Assembly: GCA_041738615.1 (NCBI GenBank)
Contig: JBGSPL010000001.1
Location: forward strand, 10,706 to 74,705
Direction: 5' to 3'
DNA from: Patescibacteria group bacterium
GTDB lineage: Bacteria > Patescibacteriota > CPR2 > UBA1875 > CAIMLA01
DNA: 64,000 nt
Shown: one piece after another, positions 53,461 to 62,478 of the stretch
Position numbering within the stretch: position 1 is the first letter of the stretch
Layout: each line of letters begins with the position of its first letter
Translations under genes and position numbers: made by a program
Notes under the pieces: model-generated
Databases searched by the model: none
The model's input: the letters and a program-made list of their open reading frames with translations, nothing else
Told to the model about the DNA's origin: nothing

Positions 53461-53883
53461 ATGACTGCAGGAATCGAGGAACTCATCCGAATCATCAACG
53501 ATTCGCGTGAGGGCAAGCATTTCGAGCTGACGTCACTGACTGTGATGTTGCTTACCGAAGGTAAACCGGACGGGGTCTTCTCTAGCTCGGTTCCCTTCCG
53601 CTACATCATCGAGTGCCTTCTCGACGGGTTTGAAGGCGCTTGGGTCAACGTACTCAGCGAGCGTCACCTCGACGAGGGGTACCAGGAGCTGTTGGCCCTG
53701 ACACCGTTTGGTGGTAAGCAGCTGCTCTTTGCCACTCACACTTCAGTGGGCCTTTCTTTGGAAGGGTTCGAGTTCCTGATGTGGGACGACGAGGGACACC
53801 TGCGGACACCCGAACGGGTAAAGGCTCAGTTCGGCAACGATGCCCTGGGTTGGCTTGAAGCCTGGGTTTACGAAGCTTCCTAG
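53461..53883 (+). CDS. hypothetical protein (140 aa), cassette 3 gene C, bracketed by the 49-bp repeats
   Basis: AGGAAGGGG SD about 10 nt before the ATG at 53461. Acidic. No family recognised. Confidence 0.45.
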   Translation: MTAGIEELIRIINDSREGKHFELTSLTVMLLTEGKPDGVFSSSVPFRYIIECLLDGFEGAWVNVLSERHLDEGYQELLALTPFGGKQLLFATHTSVGLSLEGFEFLMWDDEGHLRTPERVKAQFGNDALGWLEAWVYEAS

Positions 53884-53889
53884 CTTGAC

Positions 53890-53938
53890 GTCGACGACCG
53901 TGGGCGGTGGGGGAAACCCCGCTGCCCACGTCGACCAA
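53890..53938. repeat. 49-bp GC-rich hairpin-forming direct repeat, copy 2
   Basis: 49 of 49 identical to copy 1. Ends 5 nt before the rplC promoter -35. Confidence 0.8.
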
Positions 53939-53943
53939 AATAG

Positions 53944-53972
53944 TTGACATTTGTGAGTATTTTATATACAAT
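53944..53972 (+). promoter_or_regulatory. promoter for the rplC-led S10/spc block (TTGACA-17-TACAAT)
   Basis: TTGACA at 53944-53949 and TACAAT at 53967-53972, followed by a ~120-nt leader. Confidence 0.55.
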
Positions 53973-54090
53973 TGTTCTTGCGTAAAAAGATATATTCGCA
54001 AAAAACCATCGGGGGATGGGCAAGTCTACACAAGGTTGTAGAAACTGTCTGTCTGTCGAATAGTATTATATTGATTAAAAAGGATGAACA

Positions 54091-54714
54091 ATGAAGGCAT
54101 TGATCGGTAAGAAAATCGGAATGACTCACATCTTTGACGAGAAGGGTACTGTTGTACCCGTGACCGTTGTAGAGGCGGGTCCATGTACTGTTGTTCAGGT
54201 GAAAACACCAGAAGTTGACGGCTATAGCGCTGTTCAGCTCGGTTTTGGCTTGGACAAACGTATCAACAAGCCACTGGCCGGGCACGTCAAGAGCTCTGGC
54301 GCAGTGCCAAAAGTGCTTCGCGAGTTTGACCTCGTAGAGGTAGCTCCCGAGGGGGAAGAAGCGGTAACCATCAAGGTTGGCGACGTTATTGGCGTCGATA
54401 CCTTCGAAGTTGGCCAGCTTCTAGCTGCTACAGGGACTTCTAAAGGCAAAGGTTTCGCAGGTACTGTAAAGCGTCACAACTTTACGACCGGACCAAAGAC
54501 TCATGGCTCACACAACTATCGTGCGCCAGGATCAATCGGTGCTGGTTACCCACAACACGTCATGAAGGGCATGCGTATGGCAGGCCACATGGGTGCCGAG
54601 AAGGTAACTGTGAAGAACCTAGAAATTATTAGTATCGATAAAGAAAACAATACACTTGCGATTAAGGGAGCTATTCCTGGTCCACGCAAGGGGATTGTGG
54701 TGCTGAGAGGTTAA
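54091..54714 (+). CDS. rplC: 50S ribosomal protein L3
   Basis: L3 signature and operon position. Confidence 0.95.
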   Translation: MKALIGKKIGMTHIFDEKGTVVPVTVVEAGPCTVVQVKTPEVDGYSAVQLGFGLDKRINKPLAGHVKSSGAVPKVLREFDLVEVAPEGEEAVTIKVGDVIGVDTFEVGQLLAATGTSKGKGFAGTVKRHNFTTGPKTHGSHNYRAPGSIGAGYPQHVMKGMRMAGHMGAEKVTVKNLEIISIDKENNTLAIKGAIPGPRKGIVVLRG

Positions 54715-55331
54715 TGATGAAGATTGCAGTATACGATACAAAAGGCACAAAACAGGCAGACAAGGACGTAAAAGTCACTTTATTTGATGCTCCAGTAAAT
54801 CCAGCTCTTATTCACGAAGTTGTTACCGCACAGCTTGCAGCACGTCGTGCCGCTAGCGCCAAGGTAAAGACTCGCGCCGAAGTTTCCGGTGGTGGTAAGA
54901 AGCCTTATGCCCAGAAGGGTACAGGCCGCGCTCGTACTGGTTCTATCCGCAACCCGCTATGGCGTGGTGGTGGTACAACCTTCGGACCTACAGGGATTCA
55001 GAATTTCACTCTCAAGGTTCTCAAGAAGAAGCGCTCTGGCGCCGTACTTTCCTCACTTGCAACACGCAAGGACAATTCTGTAGTCCTAGATAAGTTTGAG
55101 TTTACAAAGACCAAGGATTTCGCCCTAGCAATCGAGAAAATCGCTACTGGCAAGAAGCTCGTCGTCATGACTGGCCTTACCGAGCAGGCAATCTTGGTGT
55201 CACGTAATCTTTCAAACGTTCGCGTATGTGATTACCGTAACCTAAATGTTTATGACATTCTCTGGTCCGACACAATTGTTTTTGTGGCTGATGCACTAGA
55301 GAAGACAAACGAAGTATTGGGGGCCAAATAA
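54714..55331 (+). CDS. rplD: 50S ribosomal protein L4
   Basis: L4 signature and operon position. Confidence 0.95.
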   Translation: MMKIAVYDTKGTKQADKDVKVTLFDAPVNPALIHEVVTAQLAARRAASAKVKTRAEVSGGGKKPYAQKGTGRARTGSIRNPLWRGGGTTFGPTGIQNFTLKVLKKKRSGAVLSSLATRKDNSVVLDKFEFTKTKDFALAIEKIATGKKLVVMTGLTEQAILVSRNLSNVRVCDYRNLNVYDILWSDTIVFVADALEKTNEVLGAK

Positions 55332-55615
55332 TGAAACAGTTAAGCGTCCTAAAGCGACCAGTAATCTCAGAAAAAAGCTTTGCCTCGGCAGACCTCGGCA
55401 AGTACGTATTTGTAGTTGATATTGACGCTACAAAGACCGAAATCGCTCAAGCCGTTGAGAAGGCTTTCTCGGTTCATGTTATTGCCGTAAATACCGTTAT
55501 TATCGCTGGTAAGATCAAGAAGTTTGGTAAGTCTTTCGGTAAGAGAAGTGATTTTAAAAAAGCTATCGTCACCATCAAAAAGGGTGAAACGATAGAGGAC
55601 TTTAAGGGAATTTAG
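55331..55615 (+). CDS. rplW: 50S ribosomal protein L23
   Basis: L23 signature and operon position. Confidence 0.9.
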   Translation: MKQLSVLKRPVISEKSFASADLGKYVFVVDIDATKTEIAQAVEKAFSVHVIAVNTVIIAGKIKKFGKSFGKRSDFKKAIVTIKKGETIEDFKGI

Positions 55616-55617
55616 AG

Positions 55618-56457
55618 ATGGGTATCAGATTAGTAAAACCAACTAGCAACGCAAGACGCGGCATGTCCGTCGACGATTTTGCCGATATTACAAAAAAGAG
55701 CCCCGAGAAGTCACTGACATTCGGCCTCAAAAGCCAAGCTGGCCGTAACTCTCAGGGCAAGATTACCGTTCGTCACCGTGGTGGTGGTGTAAAGCGCCTT
55801 TATCGCTTTATCGACCTAAAGATGCTGGGCAACACTACTGTTACTGTAGAGTCTATCGAGTACGATCCAAATCGTTCCGCTCGTATTGCTCTTGTGACCC
55901 GCGAAGATGGCAAGAAAGCCTACATCGTTGCACCTATCGGAGTGACTGTGGGTGCCAAGCTTGCATTCGGTGAAGACGCAGAAATCCGCACAGGAAACCG
56001 CAAGGTACTTCGCGACATCCCAGTCGGTACCATCGTTTATGCAGTAGAGATGCAGCCTGGCAAAGGCGCACAGCTCGCTCGCTCCGCAGGTACCAAAGCT
56101 CAAATTATGGCGAAAGAAGCAGGAATGGTTCAGATCAAGTTGCCTTCTGGCGAAATCCGTCTTGTTTCTGAGAATTGTGGTGCTTCTATCGGTACTGTAT
56201 CAAATTCAGATCATAGTAACATCAAGGTTGGTAAGGCTGGACGTACTCGTCACATGGGTTTCCGTCCTTCCGTCCGTGGTAAGGCTATGAACCCTGTAGA
56301 CCACCCACATGGTGGTGGTGAGGGTGGTACTTCGATCGCGCTTATGGGCGGACCAAAGACACCTTGGGGTGCTAAGGCTCTGGGTCTAAAGACTAGAAAT
56401 AAGAAGAAATTATCAAGTAAGTATATTGTTAAAGGCCGCAAAAAGGGCCGAAGGTAA
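55618..56457 (+). CDS. rplB: 50S ribosomal protein L2
   Basis: Conserved L2 sequence (GRNSQGKITVRHRGGG, HPHGGGEG). Confidence 0.97.
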   Translation: MGIRLVKPTSNARRGMSVDDFADITKKSPEKSLTFGLKSQAGRNSQGKITVRHRGGGVKRLYRFIDLKMLGNTTVTVESIEYDPNRSARIALVTREDGKKAYIVAPIGVTVGAKLAFGEDAEIRTGNRKVLRDIPVGTIVYAVEMQPGKGAQLARSAGTKAQIMAKEAGMVQIKLPSGEIRLVSENCGASIGTVSNSDHSNIKVGKAGRTRHMGFRPSVRGKAMNPVDHPHGGGEGGTSIALMGGPKTPWGAKALGLKTRNKKKLSSKYIVKGRKKGRR

Positions 56458-56466
56458 GGGGTAAAG

Positions 56467-56739
56467 ATGTCTAGATCACTGAAAAAAGGTCCATATATAG
56501 ACGAACGCCTCGTGCGTAAGGTTGATGCTCTCGGGAACGACAAAAAGGTTATCAAGACCTGGTCTCGTGCCGCTGTCATCATTCCTGAGTTTGTAGGCCA
56601 CACTTTTGCGGTTCACAACGGCAAAGAGCACACACCGGTTTTCGTTTCTGAAAACATGGTAGGTCATCGTCTCGGTGAATTTTCACCAACACGTAAGTTC
56701 CGTGGTCACGGTGGTAAGCTCGCGAAGGGGAAGAAGTAA
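56467..56739 (+). CDS. rpsS: 30S ribosomal protein S19
   Basis: S19 signature. Confidence 0.95.
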   Translation: MSRSLKKGPYIDERLVRKVDALGNDKKVIKTWSRAAVIIPEFVGHTFAVHNGKEHTPVFVSENMVGHRLGEFSPTRKFRGHGGKLAKGKK

Positions 56740-57155
56740 TGGAAGTACGCGCAGTAGAGAAATATATTCGTATCTCCCCAAAGAAAGCTCGTTTGGTTGC
56801 TGATATTGTTCGTGGGCAGAATGCAGTTTCTGCGATGACCACACTGAAGTTCACACCAAAGAAAGCCGCTGGGATTATCAGCAAAGCTATCAATTCTGCA
56901 GTTGCAAACGCAGTCAACAACTTTGGTCTAGTTCGTGAAGAGCTAGTAATCACCAAGCTTACAGTTGACCAAGGCCCAAGCCTAAAGCGTTTCCGACCAC
57001 GTTCAAAGGGTATGGCTTCACCGCTTCTAAAGCGCACTAGCCACATCATCGTCGTGGTTTCTGGAGCTGAGGCAAAAGAAGTGAAAAAGGCAGCCAAGGC
57101 TGAAGCTAAAGAAGTGAAGAAAGCTGTCAAAGCTACTCCAGAGGAGGTCAAGTAA
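56739..57155 (+). CDS. rplV: 50S ribosomal protein L22 with a Lys/Ala/Glu-rich C-terminal tail
   Basis: L22 core plus an AKEVKKAAKAEAKEVKKAVKA tail. Confidence 0.9.
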   Translation: MEVRAVEKYIRISPKKARLVADIVRGQNAVSAMTTLKFTPKKAAGIISKAINSAVANAVNNFGLVREELVITKLTVDQGPSLKRFRPRSKGMASPLLKRTSHIIVVVSGAEAKEVKKAAKAEAKEVKKAVKATPEEVK

Positions 57156-57820
57156 TGGGACATAAAGTAAATCCAATCAGTTTCCGTCTACAAGTTAGTA
57201 AGAATTGGTCTTCTCGTTGGTTTTCCAAACGTGACTATGCAAAACTTCTACTCGAAGACATCATGATTCGTCGTTTTATCCTCAAAGAGCTTGGAATGCG
57301 TGCCGGTATTGCAAATGTTGAGATTGAGCGTAATGCCAATCAGGTTAGCATTAGCATTCACACTGCAAAGCCAGGGGTTGTTATCGGTCGTGGTGGCGCA
57401 GGGGCTACAGAGCTTAAAGCAAAGCTTGCCAAGCTTACAACTGGCAAAATCAAAGACATCAATGTTTTTGAAGTCAAGAACCCAGATACCAACGCTCAGA
57501 TTATTGCAGACAATATTGCACAGCAGCTAGAGCGTCGTATCGCCTTCAAGCGCGCAATGCGTCAGGCAGTAGAGAAGGCACAACGTGCCGGAGTAAAGGG
57601 TGTCAAGATCATGGTTGGCGGACGTTTGAACGGTGCTGAGATTGCTCGCTCTGAGTTTGTTATCAAGGGTAAGATCCCACTAGCTACTATTGACGCTGAT
57701 ATCAAATACGCTACCAGTCGCGCCAAGACCACTTACGGTATCATCGGTGTCAAAGTTTGGGTTTTCACTGGAATGATCGAAAAGAAGAAGAAATCGGAGG
57801 CTACTGATGTTACAGCCTAA
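57155..57820 (+). CDS. rpsC: 30S ribosomal protein S3
   Basis: KH and S3-C domains. Confidence 0.95.
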   Translation: MGHKVNPISFRLQVSKNWSSRWFSKRDYAKLLLEDIMIRRFILKELGMRAGIANVEIERNANQVSISIHTAKPGVVIGRGGAGATELKAKLAKLTTGKIKDINVFEVKNPDTNAQIIADNIAQQLERRIAFKRAMRQAVEKAQRAGVKGVKIMVGGRLNGAEIARSEFVIKGKIPLATIDADIKYATSRAKTTYGIIGVKVWVFTGMIEKKKKSEATDVTA

Positions 57821-58238
57821 GAAAACCAAGTATCGCAAGATGCAGAAAAATCCTCAAACCGGAAAAGCCGGGAGAGGGACCAACATCGACTTTGGTAAGT
57901 ACGCAATCAAGGCTCTAGAGCCAGCCTGGATTACCTCACGTCAGATAGAAGCCGCTCGTCGCGCAATGACTCGTTATATCAAACGTGGTGGCAAGATCTG
58001 GATCCGAATTTTCCCAGACAAGCCTATCACCAAGAAACCAAACGAAGTCCGCATGGGAAGTGGTAAGGGTAATATCGACCACTATGCAGCCGTCGTGAAG
58101 CCAGGAAGAATCCTCTTCGAGATGGATGGTGTATCACCAGAAATCGCTCGCGAAGCACTACGCCTCGCAAAACATAAGTTACCAATCAAAACCAAGATTA
58201 TTGTGAAAGATTCTGGGGGAGATAGCGATGAAAGCTAA
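57807..58238 (+). CDS. rplP: 50S ribosomal protein L16
   Basis: L16 signature. Confidence 0.95.
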   Translation: MLQPKKTKYRKMQKNPQTGKAGRGTNIDFGKYAIKALEPAWITSRQIEAARRAMTRYIKRGGKIWIRIFPDKPITKKPNEVRMGSGKGNIDHYAAVVKPGRILFEMDGVSPEIAREALRLAKHKLPIKTKIIVKDSGGDSDES

Positions 58239-58476
58239 AGAACTAGTAGAAAAGGACGTAAAAAGCCTACAAAAATTGCTAGCCGATACTGAGGCTAAGC
58301 TCCTAAAGGATCGTTTCGCTATCGCTGGTCGGGAGCTCACAAACGTGAGCGAGGTTGCAAAAAGCCGAAAGCTTATCGCTCAGATCAAAACCGTTCTACG
58401 TGAGCGCGAGATCTTTGAAGTAGAGAAAGCTAATCAGCCTTCGCATGAAGCTACGGCTGACAAGGGGGAGAAGTAA
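58228..58476 (+). CDS. rpmC: 50S ribosomal protein L29
   Basis: Size and position. Helical, Lys-rich. Confidence 0.85.
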   Translation: MKAKELVEKDVKSLQKLLADTEAKLLKDRFAIAGRELTNVSEVAKSRKLIAQIKTVLREREIFEVEKANQPSHEATADKGEK

Positions 58477-58477
58477 G

Positions 58478-58729
58478 ATGAAAAGAACACTAACAGGTAA
58501 AGTTGTTTCAGACAAGATGGAGAAGACTATTGTTGTTCTCGTTGATCGCGTCAAAGAACACCCGCTTTACAAGAAAAAATATAGCGTTTCTACTAAGTTC
58601 GCTGCTCATGACGAGGCTGGTAAGGCCAAAACAGGGGACATGGTCGTGATTGAAGAATCCCGTCCATTATCCGCGACCAAACGTTGGTCACTTGTGAAAG
58701 TCCTGACGGAGAAGGATTTGGAGAAATAA
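58478..58729 (+). CDS. rpsQ: 30S ribosomal protein S17
   Basis: AGGGGGAG SD before the ATG at 58478. S17 core [15 protein letters not shown]. The ORF-track start at 58445 would overlap rpmC by 32 nt. Confidence 0.9.
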   Translation: MKRTLTGKVVSDKMEKTIVVLVDRVKEHPLYKKKYSVSTKFAAHDEAGKAKTGDMVVIEESRPLSATKRWSLVKVLTEKDLEK

Positions 58730-58730
58730 G

Positions 58731-59099
58731 ATGATTCAGCATATGACAAGATTAAAGGTTGCTGACAACACTGGCGCGAAAGAAGTTCTTTGCATCAAGG
58801 TTCTCGGTGGCTCCAAGAGACGTTACGCAAGACTTGGGGACATTATCACATGTTCCGTCAAGTCCGCACTTCCTGGTGGAAACGCCAAGAAAAAGGAAGT
58901 TTGCAAGGCGGTAGTAGTTCGGATCAGTAAAGATTTTATCCGCAAAGACGGAAGTACCATCAAGTTTGATGACAATGCAGTAGTCCTGATTGATAAGAAT
59001 AACCAGCCTAGAGGTACTCGTATCTTCGGCCCAGTTGCTCGCGAGCTTCGCGAGAAGGGCTACATGAAGATCGTTTCTCTAGCGCCAGAAGTATTGTAG
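58731..59099 (+). CDS. rplN: 50S ribosomal protein L14
   Basis: [17 protein letters not shown] signature. Confidence 0.97.
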   Translation: MIQHMTRLKVADNTGAKEVLCIKVLGGSKRRYARLGDIITCSVKSALPGGNAKKKEVCKAVVVRISKDFIRKDGSTIKFDDNAVVLIDKNNQPRGTRIFGPVARELREKGYMKIVSLAPEVL

Positions 59100-59107
59100 G
59101 AACGAAT

Positions 59108-59422
59108 ATGAAGATTCAAAAAAACGACAAAGTATACATTACTGCCGGTAAGGACAAGGGTAAGACCGGTGAAGTTAGCAAGGTCCTCGTTCGTGATAAC
59201 AAGGTAATAGTTGCTGGTATCAATCTAGTCAAGAAGGCTGTTAAGCCAAGCAAGAAAAACGCTGCTGGTGGAATCCTGGAGATTGCCAAGCCTCTCTCAC
59301 TTTCCAATGTAGCACTTGTTTGTCCGAAGTGCGGCAAGCCTGCACGCATCGGCTATAGTATCGCTAAAGACGGCAAAAAGGCACGTTTGTGCAAGAAATG
59401 CCAAGCGATTGTGAAGGAGTAA
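59108..59422 (+). CDS. rplX: 50S ribosomal protein L24
   Basis: KOW motif and operon position. Confidence 0.9.
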   Translation: MKIQKNDKVYITAGKDKGKTGEVSKVLVRDNKVIVAGINLVKKAVKPSKKNAAGGILEIAKPLSLSNVALVCPKCGKPARIGYSIAKDGKKARLCKKCQAIVKE

Positions 59423-59425
59423 CAG

Positions 59426-59965
59426 ATGGCACGAATGAAAGATTTATATAAAGACAAGGTTGCCGCTCTTCTTCAGACCGAATTCGGCTACAAGAATGTC
59501 AACATGATCCCCAAGGTCACTAAGGTAGTTATCAATGCCGGCGTTGGCCGTGCATCCGCTGACACCAAGGCCCTAGACCCAGTAATCGCTGGCCTTACCA
59601 AGATTGCAGGGCAAGCACCTGTTATCAACAAGGCACGCAAGTCTATCGCTGGATTCAAGATTCGTGAAGGTATGAATATTGGTGCCAGCGTCACCCTACG
59701 TGGAGAGCGTATGTACGAGTTCCTAGATCGCCTAGTAAACGTTACGTTGCCTCGTGTTCGCGACTTCCGCGGTATCAAAGGTAACGCTTTCGACGGACAT
59801 GGTAATTACTCACTAGGTATCAAAGAGTATGGTGTATTCCCAGAAATTAGCTTCGAAGAAGCCGTAAACACCTTTGGACTACAGGTAAATGTAGCCACTA
59901 GCGCAAAAACAGACGCTGAAGGCAAGGCCCTACTGACTAAACTTGGTTTTCCATTTAAGGATTAG
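59426..59965 (+). CDS. rplE: 50S ribosomal protein L5
   Basis: L5 signature. Confidence 0.95.
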   Translation: MARMKDLYKDKVAALLQTEFGYKNVNMIPKVTKVVINAGVGRASADTKALDPVIAGLTKIAGQAPVINKARKSIAGFKIREGMNIGASVTLRGERMYEFLDRLVNVTLPRVRDFRGIKGNAFDGHGNYSLGIKEYGVFPEISFEEAVNTFGLQVNVATSAKTDAEGKALLTKLGFPFKD

Positions 59966-59974
59966 AGGATAGAG

Positions 59975-60160
59975 ATGGCAAAGAAATCGTTAATCGCAAA
60001 AGCAAAGAAAACGCCAAAGTTTTCAAGCAGATCTTATACCCGTTGTGCACTATGTGGTCGTCCACACGGATATCTGCGCAAATTCGACATGTGTCGTATT
60101 TGTTTTAGAGAGCTAGCAAGCAAGGGAGAAATCCCTGGTGTAACCAAATCAAGCTGGTAA
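59975..60160 (+). CDS. rpsZ: 30S ribosomal protein S14 type Z (zinc-binding)
   Basis: 61 aa with a CxxC...CxxC motif. Confidence 0.95.
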   Translation: MAKKSLIAKAKKTPKFSSRSYTRCALCGRPHGYLRKFDMCRICFRELASKGEIPGVTKSSW

Positions 60161-60171
60161 GGAGTAACATT

Positions 60172-60549
60172 ATGGCAACAACAGATCCAATTGCAGATAT
60201 GCTGACACGTATCCGAAATGCACGAATGGTGCACAAGGAAAGCGTTGTTATTCCTGCATCAAAGCTAAAAATCGAGATCCTAAAGGTCTTAAAAACTGAA
60301 GGTTATATCGGTGAATTTTCACTTGAGAACAGCGGCGCAACTATCCTCGCGAATATCATGGGCACAGATACCAAGAAATTGGTGCGTGTTTCCAAGCCAG
60401 GTCGTCGTGTATACGTCGGCAAGGAAGAGATTCCAAGAGTACTTCAGGGTCATGGTTTGGTCATCATCTCTACCTCAAAGGGAGTTATGAGCGGCAAATC
60501 GGCCAAAAAGCTCGGTCTCGGTGGCGAATTAATCTGTAAAGTTTGGTAG
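60172..60549 (+). CDS. rpsH: 30S ribosomal protein S8
   Basis: [13 protein letters not shown] signature. Confidence 0.97.
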   Translation: MATTDPIADMLTRIRNARMVHKESVVIPASKLKIEILKVLKTEGYIGEFSLENSGATILANIMGTDTKKLVRVSKPGRRVYVGKEEIPRVLQGHGLVIISTSKGVMSGKSAKKLGLGGELICKVW

Positions 60550-60558
60550 GAGAGTAAT

Positions 60559-61095
60559 ATGTCAAGAATAGGAAGATTACCAATTACGTTACCAAGCGGT
60601 GTTTCAGTCGAGATTAGTGGACAGAGCATCAAAGTTACTGGCCCTCGCGGCGAGCTTTCATATGAGTACAGCGACAAGATTGCGGTTACTCAGAATGAAA
60701 ACACACTCTTAGTTACCAGAACCGTTGAGGACCCTACAAGCGCTGAGCTTTATGGTTTAGTTCGAACACTTATCAACAACATGGTTGTTGGTGTTTCTGA
60801 GGGCTTCAAGAAGGAACTTGAGATTAATGGTATCGGTTATCGTGCCGCAGTTTCTGGTTCCAAGCTTACCCTGAACCTTGGCTACTCACATCCAATCGAG
60901 TTTATTGCTCCAGCCGGCATTACAATTGCCGTGGAGAAGAACATTGTTACTGTATCTGGCGTTGACAAGCAACTTGTCGGCCAGACTTCAGCTGAAATCA
61001 GGGCATTTCGTAAACCAGAGCCTTACAAAGGTAAGGGCGTTAAATATGTAACCGAGACTATCAGGCGCAAGGCTGGTAAGACGGGTGCGAAGTAA
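60559..61095 (+). CDS. rplF: 50S ribosomal protein L6
   Basis: L6 signature. Confidence 0.95.
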   Translation: MSRIGRLPITLPSGVSVEISGQSIKVTGPRGELSYEYSDKIAVTQNENTLLVTRTVEDPTSAELYGLVRTLINNMVVGVSEGFKKELEINGIGYRAAVSGSKLTLNLGYSHPIEFIAPAGITIAVEKNIVTVSGVDKQLVGQTSAEIRAFRKPEPYKGKGVKYVTETIRRKAGKTGAK

Positions 61096-61101
61096 GGAGC
61101 T

Positions 61102-61449
61102 ATGATGCTAGAGAGATTTATAAAGAAAGATCGTCGCAAAAATCGTATTCGTAGCAAGATATTCGGTACGGCTCTTCGCCCACGTTTATCCGTAAGCGTT
61201 AGTAACCTGCACATCATTGCTCAGGTTATAAATGATGAAGCCGGAAACACCATAGCTTATACAAGCGATTTACTGCTAGCCGCTAAGGGTACAAAAACCG
61301 AGAAAGCTGCGGCTGTTGGTGCTGCTATCGCAGAGCTAGCAAAGAAAGCCAAGATCAAGTCAGTGGTTTTTGATCGCGGTGGTAAGCTATATCACGGTAG
61401 GGTAAAGGCTCTTGCCGAAGCAGCGCGTACTAACGGGCTAGAATTTTAG
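61102..61449 (+). CDS. rplR: 50S ribosomal protein L18
   Basis: L18 signature. Confidence 0.9.
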   Translation: MMLERFIKKDRRKNRIRSKIFGTALRPRLSVSVSNLHIIAQVINDEAGNTIAYTSDLLLAAKGTKTEKAAAVGAAIAELAKKAKIKSVVFDRGGKLYHGRVKALAEAARTNGLEF

Positions 61450-61454
61450 GAGTT

Positions 61455-61991
61455 ATGATGAGAGATACAAACCCAAGAGACAGAAAAAATCAGGAATTTG
61501 GTGAAGCACCAGAGTTCGAAGAAAAGGTAGTTTCTATCGACCGTGTTACTCGCGTAGTAAAGGGCGGACGTAGACTACGTTTCCGCGCGACTGTAGTTGT
61601 TGGAAACAAAAAGGGCAAAGTCGGAGTTGGTGTAGACAAGGGTAACGAAGTTATGACAGCAGTCCAAAAGGCTGTAGCACGTGCAAAACGTGACATGATC
61701 GAGGTAAACCTAACAGGTACTACTATCGCTCATGAGCTTTCCGCTCGTAAGGGTGGGGCGTATGTTTTCCTAAAGCCAGCTTCTGAAGGTACCGGAGTTA
61801 TCGCCGGTGGGGCCGTTCGTGCCGTACTGGAAGCCGCTGGAGTCCGTGATATCCTATCCAAAATGATTGGCTCAAATTCCAAAATCAACAATGCATATGC
61901 CACAATTTTGGCACTTAAAGACCTAAAGGCTACACCGGTTTCTTCGAAGACAAAAGTCGAGAAGGTTGTAGTAGAAGACGAGGCCAAATAA
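61455..61991 (+). CDS. rpsE: 30S ribosomal protein S5
   Basis: S5 dsRBD and C-domain. Confidence 0.95.
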   Translation: MMRDTNPRDRKNQEFGEAPEFEEKVVSIDRVTRVVKGGRRLRFRATVVVGNKKGKVGVGVDKGNEVMTAVQKAVARAKRDMIEVNLTGTTIAHELSARKGGAYVFLKPASEGTGVIAGGAVRAVLEAAGVRDILSKMIGSNSKINNAYATILALKDLKATPVSSKTKVEKVVVEDEAK

Positions 61992-62449
61992 TGAAATTAG
62001 AATCACTTTTTGGAAATATCAAGCAAGATAATAAGCGCGTAGGTCGCGGTATTGGTTCCGGTAAGGGTAAGACCGCTGGTCGTGGTACCAAGGGTCAGCT
62101 TTCCCGAACTGGTAAAAAGATTCGTCCCGGTTTCGAGGGTGGACAGCTTCCACTTGCACAGCGCGTGCCAAAGAAGCCTGGTTTCAAGGCTCTTACAGCC
62201 AAGGCTACTACCTTGCCTCTTGATAAGTTCAATCACCTAAAGAAGGGGAGCAAAGTTACTGTTGAGACCCTGGTTGCCGAAGGCATGATTGCAAATATTC
62301 GCGCAAGGTACAAGGTTGTCCTTAGCACTAAATACACTAATGAACTTGTTTTCGATCTAGAAAAAATGAGTGAAGCCGCAAGACTTGTTGCTACACCAGT
62401 GAAGAAGACCGAAAAGGTTGCCGAAAAAGCCACTACTGATAAAAACTAA
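61991..62449 (+). CDS. rplO: 50S ribosomal protein L15, directly after S5 with no L30 gene between them
   Basis: L15 signature [19 protein letters not shown]. Confidence 0.95.
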   Translation: MKLESLFGNIKQDNKRVGRGIGSGKGKTAGRGTKGQLSRTGKKIRPGFEGGQLPLAQRVPKKPGFKALTAKATTLPLDKFNHLKKGSKVTVETLVAEGMIANIRARYKVVLSTKYTNELVFDLEKMSEAARLVATPVKKTEKVAEKATTDKN

Positions 62450-62478
62450 ACCTCATATTTGAGGAAGGGGGATATCTG

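Noticed and set aside
52966-54001. Several - strand ORFs (125, 77, 68 and 115 aa) in cassette 3
   Set aside because: They are antisense to the + strand genes that carry SDs. One spans the 49-bp repeat and the rplC promoter. They are likely artefacts.
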